64,000 nucleotides of DNA from Octopus sinensis (GCF_006345805.1 NW_021833454.1:1-64000), one strand, 5' to 3'. Shown: positions 25,341 to 39,023, counted from the first letter of the stretch. The notes: generated from the letters alone by a model not told the origin. Numbers and translations are program-made.

Positions 25341-25708
25341 TTGTGTCAGTCATTAGAGAGCGGTCATGCTGGGGCACAGCCTTCAAAAATTTTAGCCGAA
25401 TGAATCGACCCCAGCTCTTATTTTTTTAAAGCCTGACACTTATTCTATCGGTCTTTCTTTTTGCCGAACTGCAAAGTTATGGGACTTAAACACACCAACA
25501 TCGGTTGTCGAGTGCTGGAAAACAACCCTGCCACAAACACACCCACAACACACACATATAGAACGTGATTCTTTGAGTTTCCATGTACCAAAACCACTCA
25601 CAAGGCTTTGATCTCCCCGAGAGTATAATAGAAGACCCAAGGAGCCGCACAGTGAGGCTGAACCCGGATCCATGTGGTTGGGAAGCAAACATTTTACTAC
25701 GCAGTCAC
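25341..25708 (-). mobile_element. tRNA-derived SINE
   Basis: Same family as 16067-16457. Confidence 0.75.
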
Positions 25709-27182
25709 ACCGTCTCTTTTTTAACCGTTTATTAGACACACGGTGTTTATTCTTAGACTTTACTCTTTAACATTAGCAAACAAATCTTGACAATCTTTAT
25801 AATAATCCATCACTCTATAAAGTACCAAATCCTTAAAACAAAGCGCTCTTAAATAGTAGTTAAAAAAAATTAATTAATTAAAGAACGTTAATTATTATTA
25901 ATATTACGGCCCAATAGGCGGTAAATAACAAAAAGTCCACTACTAAATATGGCATAAACTACCATATTCACTCAGTACAAGAAGACCGATATGCAACACA
26001 CATTCTTCATCTTGTAAGAACCAATGTTTTCCCTGACATAAGTAGAGGAAATACTTTAACCAAAACTCGCTTAAAGTAAGCTACTTGGGACAAATGAACT
26101 TGGTCAGCACCTTACAATGAATTAATGAGAAAATAATGAATAATTCTAATCACTGAAGCATAGCCATAAAATACAGAAATGCAATTACGATTTAAATAAT
26201 TATTACCCGTAAAATGAAAATATCAGTTATATATGCACCCGCTCTCACATCTAACGTTGATTATATGGGTATTACCGCAGGCCAATTTAAGAATAGACCC
26301 CATCAACATAAACACATATTTTGGCTAGTTCAATGAAAACGGAATACAAGACTTGTAATACACATCTGCTTTAATAAAATAACAATATGCGGTTACTAAT
26401 AAGAAGGGTTGAAATTAATGGATGCAAGATTTCACTCCTTCGTGGTCAGCCTATAAGGTTTTCAGCCCACTCTTGTAAGGACTGTGATTTGGTAGAACCA
26501 TTAGTAATTCGGACAAAATACTTAGTGGCATTTCTTCCGTATCATTATATTCTGAGTTGAAAATCATACCGAGGTTGACACTTTACCTTTCAGCTTTTCG
26601 GGGTCGGCAAAACAAAGTACCAGTAAAATACTGGGATTGAGGTAATCACTTACCACCTTCCTCCTAAAATTGCTGGCCTTGTGCAAAAAGCAGAAAGATT
26701 ATTATTATTATCATCACCATCATTATTATTATTATTATTGTTACTTGTTTGCTTTATCCGATTAAATTGTGCAAACAACGCAATAAAATATAAACAACAA
26801 CGCAAATATCAATCATAAATATCTCCAGCGTTATCACCGCCACCACCACCACCAACAGCAGCAGCAACTACAACAACAGCAGCAACAACAACAACAGCAA
26901 CAACAACAACAACAACAACACAACAACAACAACAACGCTCACAATAGCGTTGGTTATCTCCCCAGATAGTTATACCTTGATGTGGGCCAACTATCTTATC
27001 TAACAAGTGTCTCCTTGACAGAGGAATAATAAACCAGATCAGGCGTTCGACTCCTCTCGCTCGCAACTTTTGACGAAAGCAGTAATGTGGTAAGCTCCCA
27101 ATGATAACTGGCTCACTTTCTCTCCCCGGTTTTATAGTTTCACTTCACCTTAATTTCTAGTGAACTTCAGATTATATATATA

Positions 27183-27281
27183 TCTTCTATCTTTTACTTG
27201 TTTCAGTCATTTGATTGCGGCCATGCTGGGACACGGATTTGAAGAAGACATTTTGTCGAATGAACTTGGTCAACACCTTAC

Positions 27282-27340
<59 letters not shown>

Positions 27341-27585
27341 AAGCCTGGTCTTTTTGTCAAACCGCTCAGTTACGGACCGCAAGCACTTCAACATCCGGTT
27401 GTCAAGTAGAGAAACACAGAGACAAAACCAGACACACATATATATATACGACAGGCTTCTTTACAGTTTCAGTCTACCAAATCTACTTACAAGGCTGTAG
27501 TGGAAGACACATGCCCAAGGTATCACGCAGTGGGACTGAACCTGAGACCATGTGGTTGGGAAGGAAGCCTCTTATAACATTGCAC
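27183..27585 (-). mobile_element. tRNA-derived SINE (partly deleted, with (TA)n)
   Basis: Same family as 16067-16457. Confidence 0.7.
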
Positions 27586-27623
27586 CACCTGCCAATATCT
27601 ATCTATCGGTCGATCTGTCTATC

Positions 27624-27659
<36 letters not shown>

Positions 27660-27661
<2 letters not shown>

Positions 27662-27860
27662 ATCCAAACAAGAAAACAAAAGAACACAACAACGCAAGGA
27701 CGTGGAACAAATAAAGTATTATTGGACGCTCAGGAAGGAAGGGAAGAGGGAGGGTTTAACGTTTCGAGCGGAGCTCTTCGTCGGAAACATAGGAGAAGGA
27801 AAGATCCAGAGAAGGGAAGACAGAGGAAAAAAAATCGCCAGTGGTACTCACGAGGTCACA
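27660..27860 (-). mobile_element. Penelope-type terminal repeat fragment with hammerhead variant (27754-27788)
   Basis: Minus GTTT-CCGACGA-A-GAGC(TCC)GCTC-GAAA-CG-TT-AAAC. Paralog at 33395-33610. Confidence 0.6.
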
Positions 27861-28208
27861 TATATATATATATATACAGACACACACACACACATAATTT
27901 AGTAATTATTGGTTTTAACCTTGGGTATAAACCACTTAATATGACACTACTTAACAGATAAAGACGCGTAGTTTAGTAGTTAGGATGCTACACTCGCGTT
28001 TGGTAGTTCGTGGTTTCCATTCCCGGACCGGTCGAAACGTTTTCTTTCATGCTCTTAAAACACTTGTCGCGAAGACATAGATCTAACCCTTATATGTATA
28101 TATATATATATATGTGTGTGTGTATGTATGTATGTGTGTATGTATTATGTACGTACGTATGTATGTGTGTATGTATGTAGGTATGTACGTATGTATGTAT
28201 GCATATAT

Positions 28209-29270
28209 ATCAAAGAGGTCAAATTGTTGGTGCTCGTAAGGTAGGCGCTAGCTTACCGAGAACAGCTGAAATGTTTGGTGTATCAAGAAGTACTGTCTCG
28301 AAAGTAATGGCAGCCTTTAAGAAAGAAGGAAAAACTTCCTCGTGGAAACAAAACTCCGGAAGAAAACCAAAACTTTCAGATAGGAACCGTCGGACTCTTA
28401 CGTGGATTGTTTGAAAGGATCACTAAAGTTCAGCTCCCAAAATTACTGCAAAGTTAATGACCACCTTGAGAAGCCAGTTTCCACAAAAACTGTTTTCCGG
28501 ATTTCACGGGAGGGCTGCAATCAGAAAATCAGAAAATCACTACTTTCAAAAACAAACGTTGCACAGCATTTAGAGTGAAGCAAAAACCTACAGAACTTGT
28601 CCCTAGAGCAGTGGAAGAATATTATTTTCTCGGACGAGTCATCCTTTACCTTATTTCCGACCACAAGCCGAGTATATGTGTGAAGACAGCCAAAAGAAGC
28701 ATTTGGCCCAGACTGCCTTCTTCCAACTGTTAAACATAGAGTAGGATCTGTAATGATCAGTGGAAGTGTGTGCTATATCTTGGAAATCTCTTGGCCCAAT
28801 GGTTTCCCTTCATGGCAGAATTAATAGTCAAGACTATTTAAGCATCTTATCTGTTCAAATTCATCCTATGGTTGCGGAAGTGCATCCGGAGGGAGATGCA
28901 ATCTTTCAGGATGATAATACACCAATTCACACAGCTAAAGTTGTTACTGAATGACACGAGGAACATTCTAGTGAAGTTGCACATCTTATCTGGCCACCAC
29001 AGACCCCAGGTCTCAATATTATTGAACATTTATGGTGCATTTTAGAAAAACAAGTAAGGAGTCGATATCCTCCACCATCATCACTACCAGAACTGAAGAC
29101 TGTTTTTGCTAATGAATGGAGGAAGATTACTTTGGAAGCAATTCAAACTTTGTATGAGTCCATACCTCATAGAATTCAAGGTGTAATTACTGCCAAAGGC
29201 GGTCCTACCCCATATTAAAATTAATTTGATTGAAATTTTCAGGTGTTTCCATTATTTCATCCAACACCTG
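28209..29270 (+). mobile_element. Tc1-superfamily transposon, DD36E triad (Incomer-like), left end lost
   Basis: QRGQIVGAR, FSDESSF (D at 28633), FQDDNTP (D at 28913), WPPQTPGLNIIEHLW (E at 29024): 36 residues between D2 and E. GGPTPY* ends 29218. Right end ...CCAACACCTG|TA. Multiple stops and frameshifts. Confidence 0.9.
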
Positions 29271-29524
29271 TATATATATATACCGGAGTGTCTGTATATG
29301 TATGTGGTTTACACACATCTATCTGTGTATGTTGATATATATGTATAGTTTAATATGAATTTGTACTGCCATGTAATATTTTAATGCATTTTAACATTTT
29401 AATTTCAATTTCCATGTATTAATTATATTTCCTTCATTAAGGTCAATATGTATTTTATTCAATGTAAGGTTTTTCCTCGAATTTTATAATTTTTATAATT
29501 TTTTATATATATATATATATATAT

Positions 29525-29725
29525 TTTTTGAGATCATTTTTGTTTATCGCTCGAAAATTGACCGTTATTTCTAAAGGGCCAATCAAACAATTCCATTTTT
29601 AAAGGTGTAGCGGTTGTACTAGTCTGGATAGAATTGACATATCGGTTCCATTCTAGCAAAAACTGTCCGATGAACGGCAACGGGAAACTCAGAGTAACAG
29701 GTTTTGTTGAATTTTATGCTGCTTT
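29525..29725 (+). mobile_element. Penelope-type terminal repeat with hammerhead (29658-29705, CCGATGA core)
   Basis: Homologous to 34065-34263. Confidence 0.65.
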
Positions 29726-29727
29726 AA

Positions 29728-29789
<62 letters not shown>

Positions 29790-30527
29790 CACATAGTTAA
29801 ACATAATTCATTATTCGCTCGTAAAACCACAACTAAAAGTTTCATGAAGACGGGTTCCCTGATGAGTAATTAATCTCATAAACCTCAGTTATTTATTTAC
29901 CATAAGCATGAACGTTTATTCTCACCCTTCTCGTGTATTTTATCATTACAGTGATTCTCTAATCACTAATTCAGCCTGTACAGTGAAGTCTATGAATGGC
30001 TGTGGACGTCGAATGTAAGCCAGACATGTTCAGATTTGTCTCCCTTGTTGAATGTCAACACAGAAGTACTGTTAATCACTGAAATCAACTGTTAATTGTA
30101 CTTTTACTCTTAAATAGATTTAATTAAATTTGTTTATTTCTTTGTATTAAATATGCTAAAACTAATTTAATTATGGCTACCCAAAAAGCCAGCCAGACAG
30201 CCAGACTGCCAGACAGTCATACAGCCAGACAGGCAGTCAGCCATTCAACCGCTTCTAATTCGGTTTCAAGGTCAACATTATATTATATGGCATTAGTCAG
30301 TTTTCTATACAAGCAGTCTTCCGCAAACCTAGTTCAGTCTTAAGCTCAATGTATAGCCATTGTGAACAGATGCGTGCGTATATGTGTGTGCATGTGTGTG
30401 TGGGAATGTGTTCGGGTGTATATACACACACACACACACAATATATATATATATATATATATACATATGCTTATATCTATATAACATAAGTATATATTTA
30501 TATCTCCATTTGTCTATATATAGCTAT

Positions 30528-30574
<47 letters not shown>

Positions 30575-30653
30575 ATGTATATGTATATATAATATATATA
30601 TTATAATATATTGTATGTATGTATAATGTATATGTATATATATAAATTTGTAG

Positions 30654-30714
<61 letters not shown>

Positions 30715-31267
30715 ATGTATATATATATATGTATATATATATGTATATATATATATGCATATATATGTTACATATGTATATATATTATATATATATATAT
30801 ATATATAATATATATATATACATATGGATGTATATACTTATAAATATATGTACACAAACAGACATAAATACACATAAACGTGCACACACACAAATATGCA
30901 TACATGAGTATATATACACATAGATGTATGAATCTTGTATGTTTAGATGTACGAGTATTTATACACCACACCTGCAATGTAGGCAAATGTTGTACATTTG
31001 GTATCGCCCCCTACTTTCTTTCCTTTCACCTCTCCTATTCCTTTTATTTCCTTTGTAAAGGTTAAGACCCAAAACCTTAGACCCTCGCCCATTCCTTTCA
31101 TTTGCCGCTCACATTCTTTACTGAAGACGCAGTTTCTTTATTTCTTCATTGTTTCATTTACAACACCTTTTTCCGTCACGTGTTTTACTTTCGGACTTCA
31201 TAGGTTTTCGTTTGTTTACTCCTTACATTATTATCGTGTGTGTTTTACCTACGATACATACGTACGT

Positions 31268-31298
<31 letters not shown>

Positions 31299-31453
31299 TA
31301 CATACACACATACATACACACACATATATATGTATGTATGATACATATAATATATATATATATATTGGTGTCCTGTACTCATATATGCGTGTATATATAC
31401 ATGTAGAGGTAGGTACGTACATATATGTATATATGCATATGTTTTATTTATTA

Positions 31454-31509
<56 letters not shown>

Positions 31510-32776
31510 ATATATATACATGCATGCCCATATAGATAGATAGATAAATATACAAACGTACACACACATGCACACATACACACACACATATATAAGTTTA
31601 TATTTAGCGAGACGTTATGGGAACGATTGAGGGTAAAAGGACAATTAGACGTGAAACTCCTCTCATCATCCTTTGAGACAAGAGTCATGCAAGTTTCGGC
31701 ACGCTCAAGTCCAGATGCTTAATCTCACGGAACTATTGACTTGGGTTTGCCAGCGAGCATTGCCGAGATGGCGACATTAAGAAAACAAATGTTTAGTACC
31801 CAGAGAACAACGCCATACAAGTGAAACGGAAAAGATTTATAGTAAAGATTATTGTAGCACAGTAAAGGAAAATGGGGAACGAATATTGCATATTCTTCAT
31901 CTTGGCTCAGTTGTTCAGTCGGTGTTTCCTATATATCTTCGTTAAAACTATTTCTTGTTAGAATATTGCTGTAAGAGGAAACGTTTTCATTTTGAGAATT
32001 CCTGTTAGGGAATGGGTTAGAGATTCTCCTTATGCCATCTACGAGATTCTTAATTTTGGCTCAGTGGGAGTGAATGCTTAGAATTATAACCGATGTACGT
32101 GTACGTGTACGTGTGGTGTGTGTGTGTGTGTGTGTGTGTGTAGTCTCCTCGAGTGGCTTTCTGTAGGGGCGATGTTTCTGAGTGATCAGTTCTAAATATA
32201 CTTTAACCCTTCATAGGTTGATGCTAATGATGATATTTCGGATTGTGTTCTTGGAATATGTCTGCCAGGCATTTCCCCAATTTATGAGGTTGTCATTCAT
32301 ATAATAATAAACTACTGAACCAATTTACGGCGGCAAATTAGCAAAATGCCTTATGGTATTTGTTTCGATTCTGTAGGCTCTGAGTTTATATCCCGCTCCG
32401 ATCAACTTTGCTTTTCATCCCTTGAGATTGATAAAATATATATACCGATCCAGAATTGCTAAGAGATCGGACAAGGTGCCACGTGATTTCTGTTCCGGCT
32501 TTGTGCATTCCCAGTGTAAATTCAAAATCCCACCTTGTTACCGAAACAGTGACACGTCTATCGGAAATTGATCGACAGACAGGATTAGCACTTTAAAAAA
32601 ACGGGCACATAGAAGATCGAATTACCACCATCGCTAAAACCATCATTTCTGTGCAGTTCAGAGTCAAGACTCAGTGTATGTTCGTTGAAGCCGTCTAACA
32701 CAAAAAGGTTCAGAACTTCGCCAATTTCCGCTCGATTGTATCTTTCCACGAAAATGTCGATTGCACTGTAGATTAC

Positions 32777-32861
32777 CCATTTTTTTCATCCCCGTCGAAG
32801 TCCTTGAGTGTCTTCCCGTTGGCCGTTATCTTCCAAGTATTCATGTCGCTTTAGCTGAATT
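32777..32861 (-). other. Candidate 85-nt exon
   Basis: Acceptor CTCTTGTTTTGAAATTCCAG| and donor |GTAATC. Two possible readings: IQLKRHEYLEDNGQREDTQGLRRDEKNG, or start ATG at 32843 giving MNTWKITANGKTLKDFDGMKKM(G). Confidence 0.3.
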
Positions 32862-33338
32862 CCTGGAATTTCAAAACAAGAGGTTTAGATACACATGAAG
32901 AAAAGACTGCTAATATATCGAACTGGGTAAATCACAACGTTCTTTGTTATCTTTAGCGACAAACCTGTTGATAAGGATGGCTCTGAAATCCCACTGTACT
33001 AATCGCATGGTATTTCTTATCTAAAGTGTAACCACGACCAATGAACGTATGGTAACTAAACCAAATAGTGTTTAGAAGTGGCGTATGTTATTATACTAAC
33101 ATTGGAACGGGATAGAAAATGGCTTTCGTAGCTTTCAATATTAATCTAAAGGATATACATGTCCGGGCGTTACATGCTGTCGGCTGTTTTTAACTGGTGG
33201 ATTACTGTGCCTGCTTTTTTTGTCTCTCTCTCTTTCTCTCATTTACCTTCATTCAGTTTGTCCATGTGTATACATAGTTATACGTGGTGTGTGTACGTAT
33301 AGACACACACGCATACTATATATATCTGTATATATATA

Positions 33339-33394
<56 letters not shown>

Positions 33395-33399
<5 letters not shown>

Positions 33400-33610
33400 A
33401 ATCCAAACGGGAAACAAAAAAACAACAACAATGGAACAATTACAGTATTATTATTAATAGGCGCTCAGGAAAAGGAAGCAGGGAGGTACGTTTCGAGCGG
33501 AGCTCTTCGTCGGAAACATAAAGAAGGAAGAGAGAGGAAAGAAAGATCCCAGAGCGGGCAACAGGGAAGAGAAAAAAGACGACTGGTGTTTACGAGTTGC
33601 ACATGGTGAA
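33395..33610 (-). mobile_element. Penelope-type terminal repeat fragment (paralog of 27660-27860)
   Basis: Shares CCGACGAAGAGCTCCGCTCGAAACGT. Stem I is not paired in this copy. Confidence 0.6.
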
Positions 33611-33991
33611 AGGCGGATGTTTACGAAACAGAGCAAAGTGGGTTTTTAAAGGCAAAAGAGTGGAGACAAGGTTGGTAACGCAACAGATGTGTGTGTATGT
33701 GTGAGTGTGTGCGTGTGCGTGTGTGTATGTGTGTGTGTGAGGCGAGATGAAAAAACAAAAAATATATATGTGTGTCTTAGTGTGTGCGTCTGTGTGTAGG
33801 CGTGTGAGTAGGGCGAGATAGTGGTCAGCTTAGCAGACAAAGGTCAGTAGTAAGAAAAAGAAGGAAGGAGGAAGGGAGGGAGGGGAAGGGGTGGGGGCGT
33901 ATGTAGCGTGCCAGCGTGTGTTGAGTAGTAGTGTGTGTGTGTGTCCAGTGTCCTGGTGGTATAAATGGCGAGTAGATTGAATGTATATATA

Positions 33992-34263
33992 CTTTATTTT
34001 AAGCAGCAGAAAATTCAACAAAATCTGTTACTCTGAGTTTCTCGTTGCCATATATACATATATTTTTGACCTTTTTGTTTATCGCTCGAAGTTTTTTCTA
34101 AAGGGCCAATCAAACAAGTCCATTTTTTTTAAAGGTGTAGCGTTTGTAAGAGTCTAGATTGAATTGATATATCGGTTCTATTCTAGCAAAAACTGTCTGA
34201 TGAACGGCAACGAGAAACTCAGAGTAACAGATTTTGTTGAATTTTCTGCTGCTTAAAATAAAG
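33992..34263. mobile_element. Penelope-type terminal repeat preceded by a 58-bp inverted partial copy
   Basis: 33992-34049 is the exact reverse complement of 34206-34263. Confidence 0.7.
34188..34235 (+). ncRNA. Minimal type I hammerhead ribozyme
   Basis: AAAAACTGT-CTGATGA-A-CG(GCAA)CG-A-GAAA-CTC(A)GAG-TA-ACAGATTTT: canonical core and GUA cleavage triplet (after 34226). Confidence 0.7.
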
Positions 34264-34410
34264 CATATTACTCTACCACTGGTATTTGAGTACTCTTTTT
34301 TCCACCTTGTTTCACATTTATGTGTTTACTCCGGTATATATATATATATATATATACGAAAATATATATGTATATATATATATATATATATAATAATAAT
34401 AATATATATG

Positions 34411-34477
<67 letters not shown>

Positions 34478-34551
34478 CATATATAAATTCAGGGTGAATA
34501 CTTGATAAATGTAAGCACCTGTATATGCCATCTAGTAGCATAGGTGAGAGG

Positions 34552-35182
34552 ATATATGTATCAAATGAAATAAAGGAAAAACACGACACAAAGGATGTTG
34601 CGGTACATATGTTTCGAGCTTTATAGAACAACTTATTCTTACATCAATGCATAATCGACATAACAGATAGTTCAAAAGCCCTCTTCGGCCGCATGCAATT
34701 GCTATACCAAAGACTTGTATCACATTGTGGTGAAAGGTTTGAGAAAAAACATTTGGTATTGTTTATAAAGGTAGGTAAAACGAGTATCACTGGGAAAGTA
34801 TGTTTGTAAATCTTCATAGGCGTACATGGCATTATTAGACTCAGTATTCATTCTATATTGAGTGAGAAAGCGGCATAGACGATTTGTTTTGGAGTCTAAT
34901 AATACCATGTACGCCTATGAAGATTTACAAACATACTTTCCCAGTGATACTCGTTTTACCTACCTTTATAAACAATACCAAATGTTTTTTCTCAAACCTT
35001 TCACCACAATGTGATACAAGTCTTTGGTATAGCAATTGTATGTGGCAGAAGAGGGCTTTTGAACTATCTGTTATGTCGATTATGCATTGATGTAAGAATA
35101 AGTTGTTCTATAAAGCTCGAAACATATGTACCGCAACATCCTTTGTGTCGTGTTTTTCATTTATTTCATTTGATACATATAT
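34552..35182. mobile_element. Long fold-back inverted pair (about 291-bp arms, 49-nt spacer) of a Penelope-type repeat
   Basis: 34552-34842 is the reverse complement of 34892-35182 with few mismatches. Confidence 0.8.
34599..34693 (-). ncRNA. Type I hammerhead with long loop II (CCGAAGA core)
   Basis: TGCGG-CCGAAGA-GGGCTTT...AAAGCTC-GAAA-CATATG-TA-CCGCA. The mirrored copy at 35041-35135 has mutations in stem I and the core. Confidence 0.65.
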
Positions 35183-35207
35183 ATATATACATATATATAC
35201 ATAAATA

Positions 35208-35706
35208 GCTATGTGGAAAGAAGCTTGCTTCCTAGCCACATGGTTCCGGGTTCAGTCCCACTACATGGCACCTTGGGCAACTGTCTTCTACTGTAGCCTT
35301 GGGCCGACCAAAGCCTTGTGAATGGACTTGGTAGACTGAAACTGAAAGAATCCCGTCGTGTATGTGTGTGTGTGCATATATACACACATACATACATACA
35401 TACATACATACATACATACATACATACATACATACATACATACATACATACATACATGCATACATACATACATATATGTGTATGTGTGTGTGTGTATCTG
35501 ATGTATGCGTATCTTTCTGTCTATTTTAGTCCCCACCAGTACCGCTTGACAATTGTTGTTGGTGTATTTGCATCCCCGTAACTTTGCGGCTCAGCAAAAG
35601 GGATCGATAGAATAAGTACCAGGTTTAAAAAAGAAGAGCTGGGGTCGATTCATTCGACTAAAAATGGCCGCAGTCTAATAACTGAAACGAGTAAAAGATA
35701 AAAAGA
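35208..35706 (+). mobile_element. tRNA-derived SINE with internal (TACA)n tract
   Basis: Head, internal microsatellite and tail as at 16067 and 43124. Confidence 0.8.
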
Positions 35707-36117
35707 AAAGCTGTGCGCGCGCGCGTGTATGTGTTGTGTGTGCGCGCGTATATATATTTATGTATATACACACGCACACACATAAACACTCACACACACA
35801 CACAACACACACACACATACATGCATACATTCGTAAATGTTTTAATACAAGAGCTGCGATAAAGGAGTCAATGACGGAACCTTTGTGTGGTTGTTGTGAG
35901 CTGCTAGAAATGGCAACTAATTCTCTTGTTAATCTTTAGATAAAACTGTCACATTGGACAATATAGTCCTAGCACTACGTAAAGACTAGATAGTCATGAC
36001 TGGAATGACTTTCATCGAAGAAATACTCAGTGAAAGACTAGACAACAATAGACACAAAGAAAATAGACAATTTCACAATGAATGTTGTGTACATGTTGAA
36101 TGGAAAAAAGCACTCCT

Positions 36118-36295
36118 ACAGATTAAAGGAATACGTCACAGATTAAAGGAATACATCACAGATTAAAGGAATACATCACAGATTAAAGGAATACATCACA
36201 GATTAAAGGAATACGTAACAGATTAAAGGAATACATCACAGATTAAAGGAATACATCACAGATTAAAGGAATACGTAACAGATTAAAGGAATACA
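36118..36295. repeat. 20-bp minisatellite, about 9 copies (ACAGATTAAAGGAATACRTM)
   Basis: Direct reading. No unique spacers. Confidence 0.95.
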
Positions 36296-37134
36296 GTGAC
36301 GTTTAATGTATTCTTTGGATAGTTACCCCTACGCGATCTGGGAATAAGAAATTCCCACTTTTTATTAAAAAAGACAGAAAGTAATGCCTCATTTGCCAAG
36401 AAGTAGAAGCCGTAGAAAGACCCAGACTTATGACGTAAGCCATATCATTTCCAATTAGGAGAGAATGTCGGCGAAATATCATCTTCTTGAGAGAGAAGAT
36501 GGCTGGCAGAGAAATAAGTAATAATGATGAAGATATTGAGACCGATGGAAGGAAGAAATATTGGTTGAACTTAAAGATGGTGGTGGGTGGGTGGTGGGTG
36601 GGGGAAACAGCAATAAACTTTTAAATGAAAGCGACCAAATGTTGTTGGTTGGAACTAGGAAATAAAAATTTTTAGAAACCTGTTTTGTGAATTACAATCA
36701 GAAAGATTGAAGCAAGTAATACGTGTGTCTACAGACATACATGCATGCATATACACATACATACATACATACATACATACATACATACATACATACATAC
36801 ATACATACATACATACATCTTAGCGTCGAATACAGACGTGTTGGTATAGATGACCATTCATTCTCACGGATAATGAAAATGATCGCCTATAACTCTTGCC
36901 ACTAATACGGACCTGATGAAAAGAAAATGTTTATCTTCTTTCAGTAAATGCGAAGAAACAAACTTTTTGTAGAAAGATCGTAGCTGTAATCAGACAGTGA
37001 AATATATAGCACATAGTAAATTACTCTACACACACCTTGACGACGAAAGAACCAGGACGCGGCTAGCGAAGATCTATCGACGAACTATCGAAAAAAGTTC
37101 CAGTGGGCTTTCGAAATGAACCAAAACCTATACC

Positions 37135-37735
37135 TATTTCTTTACTACCCACAAGGGGCTAAACACAGAGGTAACAAACAAGGACAAACAAACGGATTAA
37201 GTCGATTACATCGACACCAGTGCGTAACTGCTACTTAATTTATCGACCCCGAAAGGATGAAAAGCAAAGTCGACCTCGGCGGAATTTGAACTCAGAACGT
37301 AGCGGCAGACGAAATACGTATTTCTTTACTACCCAAATGGGCTAAACACAGAGTTAACAAACAAGGATAGACAAGCGGATTAAGTCGATTACATCGACCC
37401 CAGTGCGTAACTGCTACTTAATTTATCGACCCTGAAAGGATGAAAGGTAAAGTCGACCTCGGCGGAATTTCAACTCAGAACGTAACGGCAGACGAAATAC
37501 CTATTTCTTTACTACTCACAAGGGGCTAAACACAGAGGTAACAAACTAGGACAGACAAACGGATTAAGTCGATTATATCGACCCCAGTGCGTAACTGGTA
37601 CTTAATTTATCGACCCCGAAAGGATGAAAAGTAAAGTCGACCTCGGCGGAATTTCAACTCAGAACGTAACGGCAGACGAAATACAGCTACGCATTTCGCC
37701 CGGCGTGTTAACGTTTCTGCCAGCTCGCCGCCTTT
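37135..37735 (-). mobile_element. SINE trimer (one head plus 3 x about 184-bp units) with 18-bp TSD
   Basis: Units start at 37131, 37315 and 37498. Head ends 37732. TGAAC(C/T)AAAACCTATACC at 37117-37134 and 37736-37753. Confidence 0.9.
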
Positions 37736-38334
37736 TGAACTAAAACCTATACCAGTTCTACAGAAGGGTTAAGGATGATCCTTCAACAGGCTGCATGAAA
37801 AAGCTCGAAGTGTATTGCGATGAGAAACTCGACATTCTCAATATTTTAAAAGAACAATTGCGTCATACACACGTATGTTTGTGTGTGTGTGTGTTTGCGT
37901 GTATGTGAGTGTGTGTGGTATGTGAGTGTGTGTATGTGTGCTTTTGTGTGTGGGGGTGGGTGTTTGTGTATGTGTGTGTTTGTGTGCGTGTTTGCGTCTG
38001 CGCGTACGTGCGTACAGGTATCAAGTACGATATTTCTAATGGTAAGAAATTGTGTTAAATTTTGGCGTATTTCCGAGGAGACGATTTCATTACTCGCTTT
38101 TTCGCGTGAAGGACTCGCTGGAGATCTTCAACACACTTCGGTCAATATTACTTTCCAATAAAAAAGAAGAAACAAGTATTTAAAGACTTTTATATTTCTT
38201 TTTTATGTTAGAAACATCTGCGACGTCTTAACCCACCACACACACACACCACCACCACCATCACCACCACACAATTGTAATCCAAGGACAACAAGTCAGT
38301 ACATGTCCTTCTAAACAGAAGCATATCTTTGTCC

Positions 38335-38659
38335 GTATGTATGTATGTATGTATGTATGTATGTATATATGCATGTATGTATGTATGTATGTATGTATGT
38401 ATGTAGGTGTGTATGTATGTATGTATGTATGTATGTATGTATGTATGTATATATGCATGTATGTATGTATGTATGTGTGTATGTATGTATGTATGTATGT
38501 ATGTGTGTATGTATGTATGTATGTATGCATGTATGTATGTATGTATGAATGTGTGTATGTATGTATGTATGTATGTATGTATGTATGTATGTATGTACGT
38601 GTGTATGTATGTATGTATGTATGTATGTATGTATATATGTATGTATGCATGCATGTATG

Positions 38660-38693
<34 letters not shown>

Positions 38694-39023
38694 TGTACGT
38701 GTGTATGTATGTATGTATGTATGTATGTATGTATATATGTATGTATGCATGCATGTATGTATATATGTATGTATGTATGTATGCATGTATGTATGTATGT
38801 ATGTATGTATGTATGTAGGTATGTATGTATGTATGTAGGTGTGTATGTATGTATGTATGTATGCATGCATGTATGTATATATGTATGTATGTATGCATGT
38901 ATTTATGTATGTATGTATGTATGTATGTATGCATGTATGTATGTATGTATGTATGTATGTATGTATGTATGTATGTATGCATGTATGTATGTATGTATGT
39001 ATATATGTATGTATGCATGCATG

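Noticed and set aside
36118-36295. CRISPR-like regular repeats (also the 184-bp arrays)
   Set aside because: No unique spacers, no cas genes, and eukaryotic context.
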